From contig OZ218958.1 in the NCBI GenBank assembly GCA_965112735.1, positions 2,976,001 to 3,040,000 of the forward strand: 64,000 bases of DNA, read 5' to 3'. This document shows positions 1-8,489 of the stretch, in pieces. The notes under the pieces are model-generated. The model did not search any database and was not told the origin of the DNA. It was given only the letters and a program-made list of their open reading frames with translations. The position numbers were made by a program, and so were the translations under genes. The DNA is from Phaeosaccion multiseriatum (lineage: Eukaryota; Protista; Ochrophyta, other classes). Each line of letters opens with the position of its first letter. Positions within the stretch are counted from its first letter, which is position 1.

Positions 1-369
1 GGCCTGCACTTCGATCAGGCTGATTTGGTGCTACCAAGCTCTCTGGAGGAGCTGGAGTTTTCATGGATGTCAGTGCTCAACAGGCCAATCGTTTTCCCTT
101 CTTCGCTGAAGAAGGTCACTTTCGGAGAACACTTCGATCAGGCTGATTTGGTGCTACCAAGCTCTCTGGAGGAGCTGAAGTTTCCATGTTTCTCAGTGTT
201 CAACAGGCCAATCGTTCTTCCCCCCTCGCTGAAGAAGGTCACTTTTGGATCTAGATTCAATCAGCCTGTGGTCCTACCTGCTGGACTGAAGAAGCTTACG
301 GTGGGGAGGAGATGCAGGCTGCCTGCAGATCTACCAGAGGGGCTTCAGGTATACCACCATGCATATTAA
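1..369 (+). CDS. FNIP-repeat protein copy 1 (3' end only; shortened C-cap)
   Basis: FNRPIVLPPSLKKVTFG/FDQADLVLPSSLEEL repeats. The cap jumps from FNQPVVLP to AGLKKLTVG, missing the NGVEE...PSLP block seen in paralogues. Confidence 0.85.
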   Translation, partial: GLHFDQADLVLPSSLEELEFSWMSVLNRPIVFPSSLKKVTFGEHFDQADLVLPSSLEELKFPCFSVFNRPIVLPPSLKKVTFGSRFNQPVVLPAGLKKLTVGRRCRLPADLPEGLQVYHHAY

Positions 370-582
370 TTTTTAAAATGAATAAATATCTTTCAAGCCT
401 ACTAGAATTGTCCCGTGCCGATTTCGACAGTGCACCAACCGCATGGGTACGCGCGGAGGCGAAAGTGAGCCCTGCCATCTTACCCCCCTCCCCCCCACCC
501 CCTCCACTCCTCCCTTCGGCGGCGGTGCGACAACCCAGTGCCTTCTTGGACGATCTTCGTCATCCTCACTGCCTGCCTGCTC

Positions 583-1455
583 TCAGAGTGTCTGCAGGCC
601 CAAGCCTCGACTCGCCCACGCCAAGAGAGAGTCCACGAAGGCTACCACCGTCTGCCGCTGCCGCCACGTGAGGCGCGCCCTCTCTTCCTTGAGCACAAGG
701 GCAATCTCCACGCTCGAAGCTTGACGCTGCTGCTGCTCCACCAACTGTCGCTGCTGGCGCCGGGGCTGACTGTGCTGGAGGCTGTTTGCCGCAGCGGTGC
801 CCTCAGTGGCAGCAGACGGGGCGACGGAGAGGAGCGTCACCAGCAGCAGAATAGGGGCGGCATCGTCCTCGTCTTGCTCGCCGTCCCCGTCCGGGCCTCC
901 CTCAGCCTCGCCATTGCCCGCACCAGCATCAGGGCCACGTGCACCGGCACCATCGTCCCCTCCCGAAGCCGCGGGATGCTCCCCTTCAAACCGCCGCCAT
1001 GGCCCCATGTGCTCCGCCCCTGCCAGACCGCCCGCCCCTACCTCCTCCCCTTGGACCCGGGGCAGCACCAGCAGTTGGTGAGAGCCCACCCTCAGAGCCG
1101 AGTGGGCCGTGCCCCCCTGGGCCACGTGTGTGAACCACGTCCTCCAATCCAGCCCAACGTCGGTGTGCAGGAGCACTTGGAGGCGAGGATCAAGCTTCTC
1201 CAGCAGCACAAGCACGGAGAGAGATTTGAGCAACTCCAGCTCCTGCTGGCTCATGGAGGAGGAGAAGGAGGAGGAGGAGGGGTTGGCGACACCATTGTCC
1301 AGCGTCAAGCCGCCCTCGAAGCCACTGTCACTCCTGGTGCAACTCTCGTCGCTACTGACACTCTTCCAATCTCCTTCTCCTCCCTCCTCCTCCTCCTCCT
1401 TCCTCCTCTCCGTTGGTCCTCTCCACCCCAGCTGGTGTCTGTGCTGCTTCCTCAC
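583..1455 (-). pseudogene. Orphan ORF/exon of unknown function (full copy at 16608-17500; truncated 3' parts follow FNIP copies 2, 4, 5 and 6)
   Basis: Protein-like stretch (ELELLKSLSVLVLLEKLDPRLQVLL...LTWRQRQTVVAFVDSLLAWA) preceded by a pyrimidine tract; no recognisable family. Confidence 0.4.
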
Positions 1456-1830
1456 CTGTCCCCGCTGCTACCCCCTCCCCCCCTCTATCCTCCCCTCTCC
1501 CTCCTCCACCTGGTTCAAATCCGGTCAATTATGCACCAGGCTCTCTCCACCTGTCTCCCTGCCGCGAGGGAGCGGGAAAGAGCGGCAACAGCCAAACACA
1601 AGACCAAACAAATGGACGCACAGCCAACGCGCAACCAACCCGTCAAGTAACGTACCCCCCTGGAGAGAGAGCCTCGACTCTGAGGGGCCACAACAAAGAG
1701 TGCACGAATGAATGAGCTTTACAGCTTTCAGTCTAACCCCCCATCCACTGCCACCCCCCGCCGCCGCTCCTTGCACACACACGCACGCACATACACACAC
1801 TCTCTCACACACACACCTATCTGTATGTAC

Positions 1831-1986
1831 CTTGGGCATCTCCCGCTTGTCGAAGTACACGTATTGGTTGATGATCTCCGTGAAGAGCTGTGCGTGGACT
1901 CCGCTGAGCGCACACGTCGGCGATGTTGAGAGAGCATGGCAAGCACTCCAGCACACGCCGGCAGTCGTGGTAGTCTGAACCGCCAT
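1831..1986 (-). pseudogene. VPS35: Frameshifted VPS35-like C-terminal exon fragment
   Basis: AG/GT-bounded 156-bp exon. One frame reads YHDCRRVLECLPCSLNIADVCA and the adjacent frame reads GVHAQLFTEIINQYVYFDKRE, matching the VPS35 motif GKRVxECLxxxLKIAxxC...QLFxEILNxYxYF. Confidence 0.75.
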
Positions 1987-3273
1987 CTGAGGGGCGGAAG
2001 GGGAGAGGAGGGGGAGAGAGAGGAGAGGAGAGGAGAGGAGAGGAGAGGAGAGGAGATGAGACGAGATGAGAGGAGAGGAGAAGAGACGAGAGGAAAGGAG
2101 AGGAGAGGACAGGTAAGAAGAGGATAGGAGAGGACAGGAGGGGGGAGGAGAGGACGGGAGAGGAGAGGAGGTTAGCGGGGGGGAGGAGAGGAGGTAAGCG
2201 GGGGGGTTGGGGACGGCAGAGGATAGGCGAGGACCGGCGTACAGCAACAGGGAGCAAACAAGAAGAACATTGACCATCGATGGCCGTCAAGAGAGAAGCG
2301 CACACACACACACACACACATACACACAGACAGAGAGGCGCACGCACCTTCTTCTCGATCCGCTCGAGTCCCGCGAGCGTCTTGTCCGCACCTGCCTGCG
2401 TCGGCCTGATCTCGGCGCGCAGCCGGTTGGGCTTAGTGGCGTCTTCCTGCCACCTGAGAAGGTCAGGGGGGGGAGTGAGGGAGTGAGGAAGTGAGTGAGC
2501 TGGCTGCAGCTGGAGCTGGAGGGAGGGCCAGCATGTTCACGCCCTCCGATCCTACTCAACTCCTTCCAACCCCGCCCCCCCCCAACGCACACCCCCACAC
2601 ACACACCAAGCTCTGCTCGCTCTCATTCCCCCTCCTTTACCTGCTCGCCCTCCTCCTCCTTCTACGCACCGAAGACGAGGGGTGACTGATGGTAACTTGG
2701 GCATTGGTCTTCGTTCTACCCCCTCCGAAGTGTCCACCCCTCCCAGCAGCAGCTGTAGCGTGGGCATCCGCGTAGTGAGCTGCTTCTGCCTCTGCCCCAG
2801 CCTACTGACCTCATCATCCGCCGCTGTGCTCCCTCACGCTGCCCAAAGCGCCTGCCTGACCCCTGCCCGGCCTGCCTCCCCTGCACGCCACGGTTGTCGG
2901 GGCATCGAGGTCCTTGGACACTTTGGTGTTCCTGAGGCCGAGGTACAAGGCGGGGAGGAAGCGCTGGTCCGACGACCGCACCACGTCCAAGAGTCGAGGG
3001 CGGTTCCGCTCTGCCGCACTTCGGGGCGTGAAAGGGCCTGTCCATGCTCTCTGTGAGGTGTCCCAGCCGCTCCCGTACAATGAGTGGTGCCCTCCCGAGC
3101 TTTCCGCTGCAGGAGCTCCATGCACGCCTCTCCCCCACAATGAAGTCGATTTGGCGCTGTGTACGGACATGGAAACACAGCACCGACTGCTCCACATTGA
3201 TCGTCCGCCGCTGAGTCCCTCCACCTCGCTCTCCGAGCACGAGAGGCCATACACATACACGTCTTCTGGCTCC

Positions 3274-4728
3274 TCAGTTCTCGCAGTCGCAGGGGTGCCC
3301 ATTGGCATGCACCCACTGCTTGATCTCCTCAAGGACACTGCCCCTGACGTCCCACTGTTCACCAGCTTCCTCCTCCTCTCTCCTGATGACCTCTGGACAG
3401 ACACTCCCATCCCACGGACAGCCCACCTCTTCGGAGCGGAGCCACTGCAGCATTTCCAGGCTCTTGCCTCCTTCAAGTGCCGCTCTGCATACGTCAGGGG
3501 TCCAATCACAGAACTCACGCGCGTTGGCATGCAGCCACCGCAGAGCGTCGAAATGGCCGAGAAGGGCAGCAGTCCGAGCTCCCCTCCTCCAATGGCCGAA
3601 AAGGGCAGCCTTCCGAGCTCCCTTCCTCCACCAACTGCCCTCCTCCGCTCCCTCCAGCTCAGCCCTGACCTTGGGATTGTTCAGCAGCCATGCCAGCGCA
3701 GAGATGTGCCCATAATGAATAGCACAGAGCCACACATACTCATCAAAGGGGGCGTTCACGTCATCCGACAGAAGCCACTCCAGCAGTTGCAAGTCCCCCC
3801 TCCCCGCAGCAACATTGCAGACCTCCACATTCCACGGGCATTTCCCCTCCTTGGTGTCAGCCGAGTCCTCTGAGCGCAGCCACTTGAGCACATGCAGGCT
3901 GTGCCGCTCGTTTCTCGATGCCCCTTCGCACACCTCCTCATCCCAGGGACAGCCCATGTGATGAAGGGCCTTGCACATGCTCACATCTCCATACTGAGCA
4001 GCGGCCCTGAATGTTTCGACTGTAAGCTCGTAGCCGTGCCTCCTAGCCCAGTACACACGATCGATGGAGGCAACTACACTTGCTTGGCTCGTCGTGGCTA
4101 CGTGTTCCACGATGTAGTACCCCCTCCACGCCTTGCACACCGTCGCCACGAAAGCGTACTCCCCCTTTCCCACGAGGTCCATCACCTTTCCATACACTTC
4201 CTCCATACCAAAGGCGCTCGCACAGGCGGCCGAGCCAGGAAGGGGAAGTCGATGAGATGTAGCACGTCCAATGGTTCCACTCTCTCCGCCGGAGGTCGAA
4301 CGTCGCCGCTTGCTTCCCCCCCTCCTCTCTCTCCCTGCCTTCCCCTCCTCCACCTCAGCGTCCGGATTGTGGGGGCCGCGGCTTCTGGGCGCTGCTGAGG
4401 GTTGTACTTCGAGGCGGAGGAGGATCAGTTCCTTCTCTCTCTCCAGCGCCCTCTCTTTTCTCTTCTCGTCTAATAACTTTGCCTCCTTCTCCATCTCGCG
4501 TAACTTCTCGTCCCTCTCGTGAACCTCCATTCTCATTTGCTTCTTCTCCTCTCTCAAAGCTTGGAGGTGCATCAACAGCTCCTTCCTCACCCCCTCCCTC
4601 TCACCATCCGCTGCTGGTGCTGCTCCTCCCAAGCTCAGCGCCAGGTAGCTGCCCTGCGCGCTCAACGCCTGCTCCACTGCCTCCTCCTTCCTACTCACTG
4701 TTGCGATACATGCATGTATGTCCTCCAT
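3274..4728 (-). CDS. Ankyrin-like (CPWD-type) repeat protein, subtype A1, 484 aa, with N-terminal coiled coil and F-box-like motif
   Basis: Intronless ORF from ATG 4728 (MEDIH). Motifs: EYAFVATVCKAWR, GCPWDEEVCEGA, AAGRGDLQLLEWLL, LQWLRSEEVGCPWD. Confidence 0.85.
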   Translation of the reverse strand: MEDIHACIATVSRKEEAVEQALSAQGSYLALSLGGAAPAADGEREGVRKELLMHLQALREEKKQMRMEVHERDEKLREMEKEAKLLDEKRKERALEREKELILLRLEVQPSAAPRSRGPHNPDAEVEEGKAGRERRGGSKRRRSTSGGESGTIGRATSHRLPLPGSAACASAFGMEEVYGKVMDLVGKGEYAFVATVCKAWRGYYIVEHVATTSQASVVASIDRVYWARRHGYELTVETFRAAAQYGDVSMCKALHHMGCPWDEEVCEGASRNERHSLHVLKWLRSEDSADTKEGKCPWNVEVCNVAAGRGDLQLLEWLLSDDVNAPFDEYVWLCAIHYGHISALAWLLNNPKVRAELEGAEEGSWWRKGARKAALFGHWRRGARTAALLGHFDALRWLHANAREFCDWTPDVCRAALEGGKSLEMLQWLRSEEVGCPWDGSVCPEVIRREEEEAGEQWDVRGSVLEEIKQWVHANGHPCDCEN

Positions 4729-4990
4729 GATGGAATCGTAAGACAAAAAGGCCGATTGTTTGTTGCCCCCCCCTCTTGCTTCCAGCCCTCGGAGCTGTGA
4801 GCCCTCTACGAACCTAGCACCAACACGTCAAGTCAAATCAGAAATTTCAAATTTCGAAATTTCGAAATTTCATCAGTCGGTCTACACCACTGATTATAAG
4901 TATCGCAGAGACGCTGGAAAGGGGGAAGGAGAGAGAGAGAGTACATTGAAGGGCCGAAGGAAGGGAAGAAGGGGGGGGGGGGGGAATGTG
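4729..4990. promoter_or_regulatory. Putative bidirectional promoter of the Ank/FNIP pair (type A, tandem GAAATTTC)
   Basis: Divergent ATGs at 4728 and 4991. GAAATTTC-AAATTTC-GAAATTTC-GAAATTTC at 4841-4871. Confidence 0.55.
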
Positions 4991-6622
4991 ATGGAAGAAA
5001 GCCATGAAGAGACTGGTGGAGCGGGGGGAAATTTGCCAGAGCGCACCAGTCTCAGCAGCAGCGGGCCGGCGGCATTGAGGGTGGTTGCTGGCCGTGTTTC
5101 GAACAAGGCTCTGTGGGGCGTATGCAAGGAGGTCGACAAGTTAACCTCCCGCGGATTGGTGATCAACGCCGACATGCCCCAAGCTATCCAGTCGCGTGTG
5201 CTGAGCATGCTGAAGCAGCAGCAGCAGCGGGAGCGCGAGGAGACTCAACGCCTTGCTGCGGCTTCCTCTCCTCCTCCCGCCTCCATGCAGGGAAGACATG
5301 CCGGGGAAGGGCTTCGAAGGTCAGGGAGGATTAGGGCGAGGCAGCCGGACCATGGTATGGCGGGCTCCTTTCGCGTCAAGGCGGTGCGCCTCGGCATCCA
5401 ATATCAAGACGCTGACGAGCTGACTCCTGCTGATGGGGCTCTTGCTGTCAAAGTGTTGGCACTGCTGCCACTCTTGGTCAAGCGTGTGGGGTTTTCGGAG
5501 TTCTTCGATGCGTGCCGCGTTGTTGTACCGAGCGGCGTGGAGGAGGTGGAGTTTGCACGGGACTCAAGGTTCAACAGGCCAATCGTTCTCCCTTCCTCGC
5601 TGAAGAAAGTGAATTTTGGAGAACACTTCAATCAGGCTGATTTGGTGCTACCAAGCTCTCTGGAGGAGGTGGAGTTTTCAAGCCTCTCAAGGTTCAACAG
5701 GCCAGTCGTTCTCCCCCCCTCGCTGAAGAAGGTCACTTTTGGAGAACACTTCGATCAAGCTGATTTGGTGCTACCAAGCTCTCTGGAGGAGCTGGAATTT
5801 GTATGGAACTCATTGTTCAACAGGCCAATCGTTCTTCCCCCCTCGCTGAAGAAGGTCACTTTTGGAAAAGACTTCGATCAGGCTGGTTTGGTGCTACCAA
5901 GCTCTCTGGAGGAGCTGGAGTTTGCATGGAACTCAAACTTCAACAGGCCAATCGCTCTGCCTTCCTCGCTGAAGAAGGTCACTTTTGGAGAACACTTCGA
6001 TCAGGCTGATTTGGTGCTACCAAACTCTCTGGAGGAGCTGGATTTATGGGACTCAAGGTTCAACATGCCAATCGCTCTCCCGTCCTCGCTGAAGAAGGTC
6101 GCTTTTGGAGATTGCTTCGATCATGCTGATTTGGTGCTACCAAGCTCTCTGGAGGTGCTGGAGTTTTCAGAGGAGTCATTGTTCGACAGGCCTATCGTTC
6201 TCCCTTCCTCGCTGAAGAAGGTCACTTTTGGAGAGTTCTTCGATCAGGCTGATTTGGTGCTACCAAGCTCTCTGGAGGTGCTGGAGTTTCCATGGATCTC
6301 AGAGTTCAACAGGCCAATCGTTCTTCCCCCGTCGCTGAAGGAGGTCACTTTTGGAGGTGGATTTAATCAGCATGTGGTCCTTCCCAATGGTGTGGAGGAG
6401 GTGGAAATGGGGCGTGACTTTAACCTCCCCCTGGACCTCCCTCCCTCTCTGCGGGCTCTTACACTGAGTCCTGTATACTCCTGCCCTCTTCCGAGCCTAC
6501 CTGCTGGGCTGAAGAAGCTTACGGTGGGGGTGGGGTACCCGCTGCCTGCAGATCTACCCGAGGGGCTTCAGGTACACGACCATAACTTTGAAGGATTAAT
6601 CACTACTTTTCAAGTCTACTAG
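4991..6622 (+). CDS. FNIP-repeat protein copy 2, 543 aa
   Basis: Intronless ORF with 7 FNRPIxLPxSLKKVxFGxx units alternating with FDQADLVLPSSLEELEFxxxSx units (123-bp period). Confidence 0.9.
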   Translation: MEESHEETGGAGGNLPERTSLSSSGPAALRVVAGRVSNKALWGVCKEVDKLTSRGLVINADMPQAIQSRVLSMLKQQQQREREETQRLAAASSPPPASMQGRHAGEGLRRSGRIRARQPDHGMAGSFRVKAVRLGIQYQDADELTPADGALAVKVLALLPLLVKRVGFSEFFDACRVVVPSGVEEVEFARDSRFNRPIVLPSSLKKVNFGEHFNQADLVLPSSLEEVEFSSLSRFNRPVVLPPSLKKVTFGEHFDQADLVLPSSLEELEFVWNSLFNRPIVLPPSLKKVTFGKDFDQAGLVLPSSLEELEFAWNSNFNRPIALPSSLKKVTFGEHFDQADLVLPNSLEELDLWDSRFNMPIALPSSLKKVAFGDCFDHADLVLPSSLEVLEFSEESLFDRPIVLPSSLKKVTFGEFFDQADLVLPSSLEVLEFPWISEFNRPIVLPPSLKEVTFGGGFNQHVVLPNGVEEVEMGRDFNLPLDLPPSLRALTLSPVYSCPLPSLPAGLKKLTVGVGYPLPADLPEGLQVHDHNFEGLITTFQVY

Positions 6623-7530
6623 AATGTCCCGTGCCGATTTCGACAGTGTACCAACCGCATGGGTCCGCGGGAGCGGAGGCGAAAGTAAGCCCTGCTAACC
6701 TGCCCCACCCACCCCCTCCACTCCTCCCTTCGGCTGCGGTGCGACAACCCAGTGCCTTCTTGGACTATCTCCCTCATCCACACTGCCTGCCTGCTCTCAG
6801 AGTGTCTGCAGTCCCAAGCCTCGACTCGCCCAGGCCAAGAGAGAGTCCACGAAGGCTGCCACCGTCCGCCGCTGCCGCCACGTGAGGCGCGCCCTCTCTT
6901 CCTTGAGCACAAGGGCAATCTCCACGCTCGAAGCTTGACGCCGCTGCTGTACCACCAACTGTCGCTGCTGGCGCCGGAGCTGACTGTGCTGGAGGCTGTT
7001 TGCCGCAGCGGTGCCCTCAGTGGCAGCAGACGGGGCGACGGAGAGGAGTGTCACCAGCAGCAGAATAGGGGCGGCATCGTCCTCGTCTTGCTCGCCGTCC
7101 CCGTCCGGGCCTCCCTCAGCCTCGCCATTGCCCGCACCAGCATCAGGGCCACGCGCACCCGCACCATCGTCCCCTCCTCTCCAAGCCGCCACCGCCGCTG
7201 CTGTTGTACCACCAACTGCTAGTGGTGCTTGAGGCTGCCCAATGTACACACCTGCCACTGTGCCCTTTTCCCAAGCGGGATAGCACGTTGGTGATACAGC
7301 AAATGCTGCGAGCCCACCCTCGACGGTCAGCTCCTCCTCCTCTGACTCTTTGCTCTCTCAGAGGAGCCGCAGCAAACAGTCCTACGGGGCGCTCTCCCTC
7401 CAACACCTACACCCATCCACCGAGCCACATACACATGGACGGTGCGCGGCTCCAAAACATCGTGCGACCACACCCCAAACCGAAAGAGGACGAGACTGAG
7501 TCAAGTACGCCTCCCCCACCCCGCCGGCGC

Positions 7531-7531
<1 letters not shown>

Positions 7532-7561
<30 letters not shown>

Positions 7562-7602
7562 TCAGGATCAGGATCAGGATCAGGAGCAGGATCAGGAGCA
7601 GG
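7532..7602. repeat. CAGGAG/CAGGAT hexamer microsatellite (also ~23570-23650, ~36122-36190, ~47798-47908)
   Basis: Directly visible; length and order differ per copy. Confidence 0.9.
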
Positions 7603-7696
7603 AGGAAGGCTCGCTCCGTCAGAGGCTCGCCTTGCATCTAGCGTCCAACGCTGGAAGCGGCACTGGCTGTAACTGTTTTGAAACTGTTCAAGTCCG

Positions 7697-8442
7697 TCAC
7701 CAGGGGGGGCGAGTCATGGACATGGTGGCTTGTCCGGCGTCCACCGCTCCGACGGCGGCCTTCTTGAGACGCAACCCTCGCCCCACAAAGAGAGACCCGG
7801 CCACAGACAGGGTGGAGTCAGCCTGTGACATCACAGGTATTGCACACAAGAGTAAGTCAAGCGTAGAGCTGTAGAGTGTAGCATGATAGCGTTTAGGTTA
7901 GAGCCATACGCACGTACACACACACACACGCGCGCGCGCGCGCGCTCGCACATTGGTGTGGTACTCAGTCAGCCAGTCAGTTGGTCAAGTCAGTCAGTCA
8001 GTCAGTCAGTCAGTGGCTTCAATGGCTGAGTAATTCAGTTGGTGGCTGAGTCAGTCAGTCAGTCAGTCAGTCAGTCAGTCAGTGGCTGAGTAATTCAGTT
8101 GGTAGCTGAGTCAGTCAGTGCGTCATCAGACAGGGAGGTACACATTTGGACCGGTAGATAGGCCAATGGAGGGAGAGAGAGGTGGGGGGGGGGGGGGGTG
8201 GACTGGCAGGCACAGAACCACACAAGAGGATGTGTACTGGGGAGGCACTCACATAGGCCTGAGGTGTCCACTTGTTAGCCTTCGTAGCGCCACTGCTGGC
8301 AGGGTCGATTGCTCCCTCTGCAAAGGGAGAACCGACAGGGGGTGAGGGGCGTGAGGGGGGTGGGTGGGTGGGTGTACTTGTCACAAGCAGGTTCAGCTCG
8401 GTGCACTTGCACAGAGAATGTGAGAGAGAGAGAGAGAAAGAC

Positions 8443-8489
<47 letters not shown>

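Noticed and set aside
538-1650. Long plus-strand ORFs (538-1650, 16302-17753, 35188-36255, 2914-3873, 8272-9276)
   Set aside because: They are antisense shadows or GC-rich/microsatellite read-through; stops and frames are not conserved among copies.
4729-4990. ORF-track starts at 4746, 4760, 14453, 20881, 20987 and 45291
   Set aside because: These use non-ATG codons; the conserved ATGs (MEDI.., MEES..) fit a eukaryote.
5530-6420. CRISPR-like repeat/spacer array
   Set aside because: The variable parts are only 6-15 nt within an open reading frame, and there are no cas genes.
6615-6700. Helitron 3' end (CTAG) or ribozyme downstream of the FNIP genes
   Set aside because: There is no convincing hairpin, A|T insertion context or catalytic core.
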